This document shows positions 24,291-37,839 of a stretch of 64,000 nucleotides of DNA, in pieces. The position numbers and the translations under genes were made by a program. The notes beneath the pieces are model-generated. The model was not told where the DNA came from. It saw only the letters and a program-made list of their open reading frames with translations, and searched no databases. The stretch lies in the NCBI RefSeq assembly GCF_001194135.2, contig NC_068982.1, positions 12,860,613 to 12,924,612 of the forward strand, read 5' to 3'. Every line of letters starts with the position of its first letter. Position 1 is the first letter of the stretch. Source of the DNA: Octopus bimaculoides (lineage: Eukaryota).

Positions 24291-27177
24291 TAATGAAGCT
24301 TTATAATGACAGAGATGCAGATAGCAAGTTTAACAAGATAGTCTCTGGTATCAATAGATTCGAAACGTATTCAAAAGTTAAACTTCTGACAGTAGAGAAT
24401 CAATGAGAAATCTACTATAATAATACTCTTGTGTTTTTCTCCATCACAACATAAGAATGAGAAAAGAAGGGGTGATAGATGAATATAAGGAAAGAAGGGG
24501 TGATGACAAACTGGTAGTGGGGGGTATGTGTGAGTATGTAAAAGAGACGTATGTGAATGTTTGTGTGTGTATGTGTGTGCGTGTGTGTACGAGCAATGGA
24601 AGTGGGATGGTGAATATTCAATGCTGAAAAGGAAAATCAAACAGCATTTTAACTTTGTGAGTATATATATGTGTATATGTGTGTGCATATACAAGGGACG
24701 TATGTGAACGTTTATATGTGTGAACCAGCGTTCTTTCACTAACAAATGATGATCGATGCCAGATATCAAAAGACATCCACTAGATAACATTGACAAGTGT
24801 ATTAATTTGATTTACCATCCATATTTTATCTTTTGTCCTTATTTATATATAAAATACTACAATTAGCTGTCATTTTTGATGGCACGGGGCCAGATAGTTA
24901 AATAATAATAATTAACATGAAAATATCTACACAAGTGTGATTTCCACATGACTTTGCTTCCTCATACACATCACATATATCTATGAAATGAAGCTTGAAA
25001 TTTTGAAAAAAATTATGATGTGTGTCAGTATGTATCTATGCTCACCAATTTGTGGGCATGATTTGTACGAATTTTCCCAAACTCCTCATCTTATGCCTAG
25101 GAAAAGATTTTTACCACAATTTCGAATATTACCAGAATCTACACTATCTGAAGCATGCTTGTAAAAAAATTCCCAGGTGCCATTCAGGGGGACTGAACCT
25201 GGAATCATGTAGTTGGGAAGCAAACTTCTTAACACAGCCCATGCCTGCTCTTAAATACTATAACAAGACAAAAACTCTTTTTTATATTTTTTGGTAGAAA
25301 AGAAAAAAAAATAGTGGTGCCTGCAGTCATGAAGACACAATGAAGGCGGGGTGGGGGACGTTTATAATGAAAATAATTAGATTTTTTAAAAAGGCCCCCT
25401 CTACCTTCATTGAATGAGTTGCATGATGCAAAAAAAAAAAAAAATGGGGGAAATCCTGACAAAAATAGAGAAATTCCAAATTCTGAGGGAAAGTTCTTCC
25501 AAAGGTCCACCAAATATTCTTCAAGTTTCATATTATTGCAGAATTTAGTTGAGTAGCAACTAAACAATGTTGTACTTTTAATTTATTATTCCTCTATTTG
25601 CCAACTCCAGTGGTTTTGCTTTCTGGATCATTAAAACAAAACATTGCCTTTATAGATATTGAGGGATAGCTATTACAAAACATAGCCGGATATTTTTCTT
25701 GTAAACTGAAAGTTTTGAAATTGTTTATGTATCAAAGAAACGGTTGATTCTTTTACACAACAGATGACTGTGAGAATTGCAGATGACATCATTAACATTT
25801 ATAAGCTGGCTGAAAGGAATTGTTATATGTGATATCTGTGTTGATACAATGAGCATTGAAAGTACAGTGAACTTTCTCATATCATTGAGATTGAATCATA
25901 ATTTAGTAGTATGCTGTAATAAAGTAATGGTTTTTGTGAATTGCCTCACAAGTTCAGATGGAAAACCTTGGCAGTGCTGTGTATGCAGGCATTACCAGAG
26001 TATTAGATTATAAGCTTTCTTCTTCGGTTTTCATAAGCTCCATATGCCTTGTAGAGCTAATATGTACTGGTGAGCAGCATTTAAATGTCTTCGACAGAAT
26101 CCTGTATAATTCTTGTATTTGAATTTATTATTAAAAAAGACATTCCTTCGGAGATGGTATCATAAAAGTGAAAATGAAAACTGTTCTGTCTTATCTATTT
26201 GTTCAGCAATTTCCCCCAGTAATTTTTTGGTCAGCTGAACAGTGAAATATTCAGTCAGACACACACACATGCACACCCATTGTTTTTCATGTCCATGAGT
26301 GAGTTGATCAGGCAAACACACACTCACTCACACACATGCAATCATAAATACACATCCATTTTTTTTAATGTTTTCACAAATCACTTATGTTGATGTATGT
26401 TTTGTGTATGTATGTGTCTATGTGTGAATATGTATGTATATTTGTGTATGTAAGTATATGTATGCATGTAAATATATGTATGTATGTGCATTTATGTATA
26501 TTGATGTATGCATGTATAGGCCTGTGTGTGAAATGAAAAAAATAATTTAAAGAAATAAACACTTTTTATGGAAATTGCCGTACAAATAGATCAAAGATTT
26601 TCACTGAAAAAGTGGGTGAATGATGTTGTCTATTAATACTGAAGGATTGCCAATAAATGTATTGGAATGCTTATTTTTCATTTTGAAAAATAAATTTTAT
26701 TTCAAACAATAAACCATAGGATACCCAGTAATACAGAACATTTATTTTAAACTAATTTGTTATTGAATAAAGGTGAAATAAATGAAAATAAAAAGAAATT
26801 AAACTGTTTTTTTCACTGAATTTTGAATGATGTATCAAATTGTTTTAATGTAATGGCTAATTAGCACCCACACATACACAAGCCATGAATTGTAGAAATA
26901 TAGCTTGCGAACAGTGAATATGTTGGAGAAATGTAGGAACAACCATTACACTTGTTGGGAGTCAGACAGTGTAACCTGAATGGGTCTATTGTGAAGAGAT
27001 GGAATAGCTGTGGTGTGTGGCTAGGCTATTATTAAACAGCATATTATGCAAGATATATTGGAGATAAAAATGAAGAGGTCAATTCCTTATATTTTTATTT
27101 ACATTATTTGACTGGAAAAGAAAATAAATAGGAAAACCCAACTCTTCACAGAGAAAGCAAGCATGAAGTAAAGATAT

Positions 27178-27396
27178 ATTCTTTTCTACTCTAGGCACAA
27201 GGCCCGAAATTTTGGGGGAGGGGGCCAGTCGATTAGATCGACCTCAGTATGCAACTGGTATTTAATTTATTGACCCCGAAAGGATGAAAGGCAAAATTGA
27301 CCGCCTCAGAATTTGAACTCAGAATATAAAGACAGACGAAATACCACTAAGCATTTCACTCAGCATGCTAACGTTTCTGCCAACTCACCACCTTAG
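27178..27396 (-). mobile_element. Family A SINE (well preserved)
   Basis: Full-length match with TTCTTTTCTACTCTAGGCACAAGGCCCG tail. Confidence 0.92.
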
Positions 27397-27842
27397 CAGT
27401 AAATATATATTGTAACATAGAAATATAAAGTATACATATTGTAAAGTGAAGAGGGTGATTATTTACAGTCCTTGATAATTGTTGGAAAGCAAAAGTTATG
27501 TTCACTTTGAAATGTTATTACTTAATGGTTCCAGTAGGTGTCCCGTGGTGAAAGGCAAGAATTGGATTTAAAGGTCAAACATTTCTGTTGCAGTTCATTA
27601 AATCTCTTGTGTCTATTGCCAAACAAGTGAGTTTTTATAACATTTTAGATTTGGCACCAAAAGAATATGACAAGACATGATAATGTTCTAGATTTTCCTA
27701 GAATTACAAAGAAGGAAGTTAGGATTTCTTGAATTACATGGCAGGTGGCAGCATACATACATTTTTGATTTGTGATGACAAGTTGCAGAGGACTTTGATT
27801 GGATGATGAGAACTGTGTAGGCATGATTCATCCAAACCTTAG

Positions 27843-27909
27843 AAGTTATTACTCAGTCAATTCTTTATCCGAACTCAATGCATCCAGTTCAATTCCTGAC
27901 ACAATGTCG
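27843..27909 (+). CDS. Candidate 67-nt exon (SYYSVNSLSELNASSSIPDTMS in one frame)
   Basis: ccaaaccttag| ... GTCG|gtgagt; a second frame is also open. Confidence 0.22.
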
Positions 27910-28299
27910 GTGAGTTATGTAAAATGTGTCACTGTATGAGAGCTTGCAGTTTAACAATCACTACAGCACTAGTGATATTTTAGCAAAAATATGAGTAGTA
28001 CAAATATAATTTAAAAATTTATTTTTAAAAAAATGGATTTGAATATGGGATAGCAAAGTATCCCTGTAACATCAATACAAGAATTCTGTACATAGAAGAC
28101 ATTTGGTAATGCTATGTAGAGGATACCTCCTACAGATATGATTTAGAAAATATCTGTTTTCTTTTAGTGTTGCTGAGAAATCGAACCAATACTTTTACAA
28201 GTATCCAAGTGAAGTAGCTTTATGTCACTTCGATTCTACTTAATTAAAAAAAAAAAAAAATTCAGTGATATCATCATAGATATTACTAATGATCAGCAA

Positions 28300-28770
28300 A
28301 AAGCAGTGAGCTGGTAGAATCATTAGTGCACGGGGCAAACTGCTTCCTGGCATTCCATCCGTCTTTAGGTTCTCAGTTAAGATACTGTCAAGATCGACTT
28401 TGCTTTTCATCCTTTTGTTATTTCTTTATTACCCACAAGGGATTAAACATAGAGGGGACAAACAAGGACAGACAAAGGGATTAAGTCGATTACATCGACC
28501 CCAGTGCGTAACTGATACTTAATTTATCGACCCCGAATCGACAAAAGGATGAAAGGCAAAGTTGACCTTGGCAGAATTTGAACTCAGAACGTAACGGCAG
28601 ACGAAATACTGCTAAGTATTTTGTCAGGCATGCTAACGTTTCTGCCAGCTCACCACCTTTCATCCTTTTGTGGTTGATAAAATAAGTATCAGTTAGTATT
28701 GGGTTCAACGTGATTAACTTAACCCCTGTCTTGAAATTGCTGGACCGGTGCCAAAAGTTTGAAACCATTA
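28300..28770 (+). mobile_element. Old family A SINE with a younger antisense A-variant nested inside (28419-28657)
   Basis: 14-bp direct repeat TTTCATCCTTTTGT at 28405-28418 and 28658-28671. Confidence 0.82.
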
Positions 28771-28861
28771 TTGATGATGAACAAATGGTAGTGAGTTGGC
28801 AGAATCATTAGCCCTCCAGACAAAATGCTTAGTGGTTTTTCATCTATCTTTGGGTTCTAAG

Positions 28862-29102
28862 TTAACCCTTTCGATACCAACCCAGCTTAAACCGCCTCTG
28901 GCTCTGTAGTACAAATGCCTTGTTTCCAAAAGTTTTGAATTAAAATCTTCCACAAAACCTTAGTCACAATTTATGTTCCTAACACTAGCTTAATGATAAC
29001 TAAGTTATTTTACTAAATTCTTTGTTATATTTAGAATAATTGAAAAAAAAAAAGACACAGCATCTCAACAAATGATTAGAAATATGTTAGCAAAAGGGTT
29101 AG
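28862..29102. mobile_element. piggyBac-type MITE monomer inside a family A SINE (28790-29235)
   Basis: TTAACCCTTTCGATACC ... AAAAGGGTTAG; the host SINE B-box region resumes after it; opposite orientation to the dimers. Confidence 0.85.
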
Positions 29103-29473
29103 AATACCACTGAGCTCAACTTTGTCTTTTATCCATTTGGGGTCAATAAAATAAGTACCTGTTGAGTAATGGGGTCAATGTAATTGGTAATCCCCCTCCT
29201 CCACAATTGCTAGCCTTGTGCCTATAGTAGAAAGGATTATTAATAATCAATATGAAATTGGAAGGCATTAAGATGTTGATGTTCATTAAAAAACAAAGAA
29301 TGAAATTATTCAATAACAGAAAGCTTAAAGAACTTTCACTTTCTGCTTTGTTTCTTAAGATCTGTTAACTTTACCTTTCCATTCTACTGGAGGCTGAAAA
29401 TTGGTAAATGGAAATAGTCACAAGAAAAATAAGTAGCACCATTATGGGTCAGAAAAACACTTTTCATTTTCTT

Positions 29474-29945
29474 TTAACCTTTTCTTTACTGTATTTCTTT
29501 TGAAATGCTCTGTGTTTCTTTCAATTAATTTGCAATATAACAAAAAAATTAGCAAAATAACTTAGTTATCATTGAGCTAGTGTTGGGAACATGAATTGTG
29601 ACTAAGGTTTGGCAGAAGATTTTAATTCAGAACTTTTGAAGACAAGACATTTGTACAACAGAGCCAGAGGCAGTTTCAACCGGGTTGGTAACAAAAGAGT
29701 TAAATTAATCATTTGTTAACCCTTTTCTTACCATATTTCTGTTGAGATGCTCTGCATTTCTTTCAATTAATTTTAAATATAACAAAGAATTTAGTAAAAT
29801 AACTTAGTTATCATTAAGCTAGTGTTAGGAACATAAATTGTGATTAAGGTTTGGTGGAAGATTTTAATTTAGAACTTATGAAAACAAAACATTTGTACTC
29901 CAGAGCCAGAAGTGGTTTCAGACAGGTTGGTATCGAAAGGGTTAA
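29474..29945. mobile_element. Second tandem dimer of piggyBac-type MITE
   Basis: Same orientation and the same spacer ATTAATCATTTG (29704-29715) as the 23421 dimer. Confidence 0.85.
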
Positions 29946-30475
29946 ATGAAAGAAGTATTTTTCTAATCAAAGAGTAAATACTAGTAATTACATACTTTAA
30001 GAAACATTAACTGACAGTATATAACTTATATGCAATAGTAAATATAATCTTATTATAATGAAGTTTGCTTCCCAACCCCAAGGATTTTAGGTTCTATTCC
30101 ACTGCATAGCAACTTGGGAAAGTGTCTTGTGCTGTTGCTCCAGGATAGCTAAAGCCTTGTGAGTGAATTTTGGTAGACAGAAATTGTAAGAAGCCTATTT
30201 GTGTGCACATGTAAACCTTCTAGGTTAATATGAAACTCACAGCGCCTTTAGAAACGCCACAGTGTAAGTCAGTGTAAAAATATTTTTGAAATCCTGCCAT
30301 TTAATTAAAACTGAACTTTCAACTATGATTGAAATAAACTTAGACGGTATTGTGTACCTTCTTTTAACATGACAGATATGATGTGGTTTATAGTTTAAGG
30401 AAATAAAAGCTGAATCAAAACGATAAAGCATTCATGCATCTCTCCCGCCCCTCTCTCTCTCTATATATATATATA

Positions 30476-30644
30476 TAAATTGTAAATGCAAAAATAAAAA
30501 CAAAACACAAAGAATTCTGCGGTACACGTGTTTCAAGCTTTATAGTTGTTACATCAGTGTAACAACTGTAACAACTATAAAGCTTGAAACACGTGGACCG
30601 CAGAATCCTTTGTGTTTTGTTTTTATTTTTGCATTTACAATTTA
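30476..30644. repeat. 78-bp near-perfect inverted repeat (fold-back)
   Basis: Arms 30476-30553 and 30567-30644 with 2 mismatches; 13-nt loop containing a TGTAACAAC duplication. Confidence 0.95.
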
Positions 30645-30954
30645 TTCATTCACCCCGACCACGAGCTGGCATACACAGGTGCTTACAATTGTCAAGTATT
30701 ACCTCTAACATTTACTTTACCTATATATATTTATATATAAGCTACACACTTTATGCTGTCCAACCTCTACCAAGGCCCAGTCCAAGTTATTTACTCATTG
30801 AAGTTATTTTCCTTTCTTTTCATTTCATTTCAGTTCAGCTACACGTCTATATATACATCCATTAACATTTCTCTCTATTTTCATATCTGTTGATATATCT
30901 GTAGACTCACTTACCTATCTGCCTGTCTTTCTATCACTCAATCGTTATTTTAAG

Positions 30955-31170
30955 GTTGAGGTAATGGGCTAGCAGAATCATTATGACATTGGACAAAATA
31001 TTTCTGGCTCTTTACTTTCTGAGTTCAAATTCTGCCAAAGTGAACTTTGCCTTTCATTCTTTTAGAGTCGATAAATTAAATTCCCAGTGAAATACTGGGG
31101 TCGATGTAGTTGACTTGCCTCCATCACATCAAAATATCTGGTCTTGTGACAAGACTAGAAAGAATTATTT
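30955..31170 (+). mobile_element. Family A SINE
   Basis: Typical head and body. Confidence 0.8.
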
Positions 31171-31439
31171 TAAGATATTGAATAAAGCCAAGTTTTTCTT
31201 ACAGACTTGTAATGCCATTAAAAAACCTGTCATTGCACACAAGTCATGTATTGTTAGTTGATAAGCGACTCTAAAGTATCATTTATTTAATTACTCTATT
31301 ATTTATGGTGTTTAAATGAACTGCAATGCTTTTTCTTCTCTCTAACTTTATTTCCATCCACCTCTAATTCCTTGCAAATATTTGGCTGTGTGTCATATGC
31401 AAGAAATCAGTATTAACATTTATTTACAAGTAACTAATA

Positions 31440-32480
31440 TTTCATTTAAATTCCTTTTCCTAAAGGAGCCAATGTGATATTTGATAGGAATTTAAAGAAA
31501 TAATCAAAATAATGCAGGAGGAATACTGTCTAAATTCATTTAGATGGTTGATGTTTATTGAATATCACAGGGGAATGTGAGCATAATAATAGTGTTATAT
31601 TCCATTTCATTGATTTGTTTCACTTACATGTAGACAGATCGTAAAGATTTTAGTAGTTTCCTAATTCATTGAAGCATATTTCGTGCAAAAAAAAAAAAAA
31701 AGAGTTATACTCCCCCTTGATTTAACATTCAAAGAGCTGGCAGTTATCTTAGATGATTGTCAGAAATCCATAGAAATAAGAGATATGGATCACATATAAT
31801 CTCACTGGATTTGTTGAACAATAAGTCATATTTACTCTTACAAAGGAAGCTTGGTTTTAGTTGTATAAACTCCATTGTACATAATGTTAATATACAAGAA
31901 CCCGCTGAACAATGAAACTATATACACAAAATCCTTTTCTTTAAATTCCTGTCATTGCTAATAATACCCTTTGTAGTATGCGATGAGAAAACAAAATGTA
32001 ATAAAAGAAATGTCATACTTATTTGATGAAGTTTTTTTTCTTTTGTACTGCATACTGTTAAAATTAACATTAGCACCTTTCATAAAAGTGATGGATATTT
32101 TTGCTTTGTTCTTATTTGAGAATAAAATGTAAAATAATTGTGAAGAAAAAGAATCTAATGTCAGAATAGATTCTAGAAGCAAAGTTTATTGTAAGATTAA
32201 ATTGTATGGAAAGTGAATATAGAGAGCTGATAACTTCAGCAGAAAAGACAGTCTTCTTTTTCTTAGAAGAAAATAATCGAAGTAATAAGCATTCAAAGAG
32301 ATTATTGAAATGTTAACATTGAGCCAATAGAAAGGAAATAGATTTAACAACAAAAATTTGATCGCAATAAATAGCAGGGAAATTGATGTTAGAAGGGAAA
32401 AAATATGGCTGATAAAGGTGTAAACAAAATTAATAAAGATAAACCAAATATGCTGTTGCACTTCTTGCATAATATTTGAA
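31440..32480 (+). pseudogene. Decayed ankyrin-repeat-like coding remnant
   Basis: KFL/PKGANVIFD, YTP/LDLTFKE, YKGSLVLVV*TPLY, MADKGVNKINKDKPNMLLHF, with many stops and frameshifts. Confidence 0.42.
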
Positions 32481-32917
32481 TATGTTGAAAATGACGGCTA
32501 AGAAAAAGGGGTTAAAGTTTTTAAAAATAAACCCCAATACCCCAATTAAACAAATAAGTCATATAAATAAATATAATGGCTTTATATATTACATATTCAT
32601 TCAAAATCTATTGCCTAAAGAAGACTGCAGATGCACAGTAATGCATGTTTTAAAAGGAAGATATCCTGGTGCCACATATCTCCTACCATTATGGCTGCTC
32701 TTTCTTGTCACTGTGGCAAAGCTTTTCTGCCCTAGGAAAGGTTTTAGTCTGAATTTTTATTTTTTATTTTTGATGCCTAAATACTCTCCTTAGTTAATAA
32801 ATGCCTGGATCCTACGTCTGCTTGATCAGAGCCAATCTAAAGTCGTTAAGCAATGAGAGTGGGTTGTACTAGATAGCATGGAACCAGTTGTAGTTTACAC
32901 CTAACCTGTCTATATCG

Positions 32918-33265
32918 TATACTCTTTTACTCTTTTACTTGTTTCAGTCATTTGACTGCGGCCATGCTGGGGCACCACCTTTAGTTGAGCAGATCGACCC
33001 CAGGACTTATTCTTTGTAAGCACACCAGCAACGGTTGTCAAGCAAAGTTGGGGGGACAAATACAGACACACAAACATATACACACACATATATATATATA
33101 TATACATATATACGACGGGTTTCTTTCAATTTCCGTCTACCAAATCCACTCACAAGGCTTTGGTCGGTCCAAGGCTATATTAGAAAACACTTGCTCAAGG
33201 TGCCACACAGTGGGACTGAACCCGGAACCAAGTAGTTAGTAAGCAAGCTACTTACCACACAGCCA
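32918..33265 (-). mobile_element. Family B SINE with internal deletion
   Basis: Sequence jumps from TCTTTGTAAGC directly to ACACCAGC. Confidence 0.88.
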
Positions 33266-33908
33266 NNNNNNNNNNNNNNNNNNNNNNNNNNNNNNNNNNN
33301 NNNNNNNNNNNNNNNNNNNNNNNNNNNNNNNNNNNNNNNNNNNNNNNNNNNNNNNNNNNNNNNNNNNNNNNNNNNNNNNNNNNNNNNNNNNNNNNNNNNN
33401 NNNNNNNNNNNNNNNNNNNNNNNNNNNNNNNNNNNNNNNNNNNNNNNNNNNNNNNNNNNNNNNNNNNNNNNNNNNNNNNNNNNNNNNNNNNNNNNNNNNN
33501 NNNNNNNNNNNNNNNNNNNNNNNNNNNNNNNNNNNNNNNNNNNNGCACACCAGCAACGGTTGTCAAGCAAAGTTGGGGGGACAAATACAGACACACAAAC
33601 ATATACACACACATATATATATATATACATATATACATATATATTATATATTGTGATTATTTTAATGAAATTGAATTTTATATTGAAAATGGAGGACAAA
33701 GTACTGATATAGCAGTTGTAGGAAATGTAGATAAATAACAACTGCTGTTAGCTCAGCTTGAGCTGAAATAAGACATGGAGGCAACCAATTAAACATAAAG
33801 CAACATCATTTTGTAATTATTTGAATCTGCAAATTCTATTTTTAAAAATTTTATTTTAAAAGAAAGAGCAGCACCCATGACCCTTTTCAGTGCCTCTAAG
33901 TCTGATAG

Positions 33909-33977
33909 AAGGAAAATGTCTACGAAGTAGAGACCTTGTCTGATGTTCGCCGAAAGAAAATGAACTTCTCCACTTAA
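33909..33977 (+). CDS. Candidate terminal exon, KENVYEVETLSDVRRKKMNFST*
   Basis: AG acceptor after cctctaagtctgat; protein-like composition with an NVYE motif. Confidence 0.2.
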   Translation, partial: KENVYEVETLSDVRRKKMNFST

Positions 33978-34784
33978 AGGGACCCAAATGGTTGTTGGTG
34001 GTTGTGATAAAGGAAGATATAGAGTAAGTCTACCAACCAAGTAATAAAAGACAGGGAAAGTATTGTGTGTTAGTGTGTTCTGGTTCTATGTGTTCTAGGT
34101 TCAAATCCTGCTTTGTCCTGGCAACAAAGGTTTTTCCCTCTCAAAGAGAAAAGCAAATTGTATGATGCTTGAGTGCAGCATGTGATGCAGCTGCATGTTC
34201 ACGAGCTGTTGGTCATCAATGCAGCAGATTTCTGAAGAAAGAAATGAAGGGCAAACAACGAAGCTACCTCTCTAGGTCTGATGCTATGACAGAATGCATC
34301 TTGTTCTCTCTGTAAAGCATTTGGTGATATGAAAAACATTCAGCCATAGAAAACAAGCCAAAGATAAAATGTAACGAGCAAGATGTGGTCTTTCGACTCA
34401 TTTAGTAGGAAAGTAATAATTTTAAATGGTTTTACTGATGGTGGTTCAGAGACATAATATGTTTATTAAGTCTACATGTGCTCCCTCTACCCTGACTCTT
34501 TGATACCCATCTCATCTCTCTGTCACTCATGTCTTTATGACTCAGCTTCTCTCCACCTATTATACTATGTTGTTAGTGTAACAAGAGACATCGGTAGTCT
34601 CTCTTGCTCACTGTATCATTTAAATAACATTTTGTGCATTTCTCTTATGTTCTCGAAAACACGTTTCACTTCTCCTTGGAATTATTACCTGTGTACATGT
34701 GTCATTATTAATATCTCAAAGTGCACCTGTGACTTTTGGCTACCTTGGTAACTATTTCTCCGGATCTTTCCTTGTAAATTAAAC

Positions 34785-34833
<49 letters not shown>

Positions 34834-35335
34834 NNNNNNNNNNNNNNNNNNNNNNNNNNNNNNNNNNNNNNNNNNNNNNNNNNNNNNNNNNNNNNNNNNN
34901 NNNNNNNNNNNNNNNNNNNNNNNNNNNNNNNNNNNNNNNNNNNNNNNNNNNNNNNNNNNNNNNNNNNNNNNNNNNNNNNNNNNNNNNNNNNNNNNNNNNN
35001 NNNNNNNNNNNNNNNNNNNNNNNNNNNNNNNNNNNNNNNNNNNNNNNNNNNNNNNNNNNNNNNNNNNNNNNNNNNNNNNNNNNNNNNNNNNNNNNNNNNN
35101 NNNNNNNNNNNNNNNNNNNNNNNNNNNNNNNNNNNNNNNNNNNNNNNNNNNNNNNNNNNNNNNNNNNNNNNNNNNNNNNNNNNNNNNNNNNNNNNNNNNN
35201 NNNNNNNNNNNNNNNNNNNNNNNNNNNNNNNNNNNNNNNNNNNNNNNNNNNNNNNNNNNNNNNNNNNNNNNNNNNNNNNNNNNNNNNNNNNNNNNNNNNN
35301 NNNNNNNNNNNNNTATATATATATATATATCAAGC

Positions 35336-35580
35336 GAGATCGTGGCCAGTGCCCCTGGACTGGCTCTTGTGCGGGTGGTACATAAAAGACACCATTTCGA
35401 GCACCCACTACACTCTCTGAGTGGTTGGCATTAGGAAGGGCATCCAGCTGTAGAAACTCTGCCAAATTAGATTGGAGCCTGGTGTAGCCATCCGGTTGCA
35501 CCAGTCCTCAGTCAAATCGTCCAACCCATGCTAGCATGGAAAGCGGACGTTAAACGATGATGATGATGATGATGATATAT
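35336..35580 (+). mobile_element. Family C retroposon (5'-truncated)
   Basis: One internal unit plus tail and (GAT)n. Confidence 0.9.
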
Positions 35581-36049
35581 ATATATATATATAAACAGGT
35601 ACATTGGTTATGATCTACGTCTTTATTGTTGTTAACTTGTACACTAATGAGTTTGTCAAATTAGTTAATAAAACCAAAGTAGAACAAGACTACTGCACGT
35701 GTTCATATTTTATTGGTAAAACGAACCTCCCCAAATTATAACACATAAAACACACTGAACAGACTTTGTGTATTCTTCTCTGCCTTCGACACCATGGCAA
35801 ACTTTGATCATACCATGGCACCAGATTCTGTAGCAGAATCTAAATTTCTAATCTTCGGTTTGTTGTTCATCTTATTGATCACACAGATGCATGAATCAGC
35901 TCTGACTCCCATTTTATGGCCAGGATTACTTTGTCTATTGTCTCCTATCCTTTATAAGGTGGTAGAGTGTGACTCATAAAGATTTGGCTGCTATTTCTAA
36001 CACGTCGACTGACCATCTAGAGGCTCACTGGTTGACTCAGTTGTTTATC

Positions 36050-36458
36050 TTTTGCGTTTAATTTGTTGCAGTCATTAGACTGCGGCCACGCTGGAGCATC
36101 ATCTTAAAGAATTTTAGTCAAATGAATCAACCAAGGTACTAATTTCTTTAAAGCCTGGTACTTATGCTGTCGGTCTCTTTCGGTGATCTGCTATGTTACA
36201 GGGACATAAACACACCAACACTAGTTGTCAAGTGTTGATTGGAGCAAACAGACACAGACACAGACATCCACACACACACACACACATACACACGACTGGC
36301 TTCTTTCAGTTTTTGTCTACCAAATCCACTCACAAGACTTTGTTGAGCCTGAGGCTATAGTAGGAGACACTTGTCCAAGGTGCCATGCAATGGGATTGAA
36401 CCCGGAACCATGTGGTTAGGAAGCAAACTTCTTACCACACAGCCTATGCCTGCACCTG
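36050..36458 (-). mobile_element. Family B SINE (diverged)
   Basis: Full-length match. Confidence 0.85.
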
Positions 36459-37163
36459 CTTTTAAATAAACTTCAATTTTGTTTAGGAGGCGGAGCGGAC
36501 TAGTGTTGGCCTTATGGTATTCAATTGTAGCCCCTTAGGGTCTGAATTCAGATACATCTGGAGTTAACTCTGCATTTCACTCTTTATGGGTTGATAAAAT
36601 TAAGTACCAGTCAGATACTGGGGCCAATTTAATTGACTGATCCTAGAACTGGTGTCTCTGATGTTTCTTCAAGCAAAGAGACTACAGCTGAGAATTCCAA
36701 AGGAATCTTTCTTAGTGCTTCTTGCTCTTTAAGGACGATGTGTAAACTGTAATGATTACAGTAGTCAGTATTTCTGTGAGAAGAAGTGAACCCCGCCACC
36801 CTGGTATCATTAGCCTTTGAAAGGCATAATGATGGAACAATGTCACATAAATCCTATAATTAATGGGATATATCGCCCATCCTTCATCACAGTTAACAGA
36901 AGACCAGCATTTCTTATCATTTGATTCGTTTCTTTTAACTTCAAAGTAAACTCAATTCTTGAATCAGTGACTCACAAAAGATGTATTTGATTTTGGTAGA
37001 CCAAGCAATTGACTCTATTTATTTCACTTGCGTGAGATAAATAAATATTGACTGATTCATTTCCATCACATTGTTATGTGCTAATGTAATACATCAAGTT
37101 ATATATTACATGCCATATGCAATTCATTGTGTATGTTACTCAGCTATCACCACACTTTACTTT

Positions 37164-37217
<54 letters not shown>

Positions 37218-37262
37218 CACAAATACACATTTACTCTCTCTCATTCTCTCTCACTCACACAG

Positions 37263-37285
37263 AGGATTGAAACTCGAGATATAAG
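37263..37285 (+). CDS. Candidate 23-nt exon, RIETRDI
   Basis: CT-rich tract ...ctcacacag| ... ATAAG|gtaatt; only one frame open. Confidence 0.22.
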
Positions 37286-37839
37286 GTAATTTATGCAAGG
37301 ATTTCTGAAATTTTTTCTTACAAGATGGCAATATATATATTATTTGTTTTAATGAATTGTTTTCTCTGAATAAATGTATTTCTAAAGCTGATTGTGTTCA
37401 CTTGTATAAAGCATAGATTATTTGTTTCAATTGATTGTTTGTCTTTGAGAACTGACATTATTTTAGGTGTTCGTTTTGAGTTGAAAGTATGTTTGTTTTA
37501 TTTGTTGCCATTCCTTTCAACTAGAATCTGTTCATAATAATGACTCTTTTCTATTTTTCTTGAAGGCTAGACTAGCATTTTCTTGAATTAAACTTCCATA
37601 TTTCAAGCCATTACATCACGTATCTGTTATAGAAACAGCTGTCCTTGGTGTTTGGTCTTGTAACATGTGATTCTTATTAAAAGAATGTTTTGGAATTTTC
37701 AAATCCTTTAATACCAACTCCCTGTGACTGCCCATATGTTAAACTGTTTATGTTTAAATCATAATCTCAATTAAAATCTTTTAGCATGAATAATAACATG
37801 AGATTTCAGTTAGTAAACATCAGCAGTATACATTAATTA

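Noticed and set aside
25760-26070. Protein-like stretches (MTVRIADDIINIYKLAERNCYM; FFGFHKLHMPCRANMYW)
   Set aside because: Short, frame ambiguous and no consistent splice pair; not supportable.
33023-33640. Part of a family B SINE, including its deletion junction, repeated after the gap
   Set aside because: Same artefact pattern; cannot be called a real duplication without long reads.
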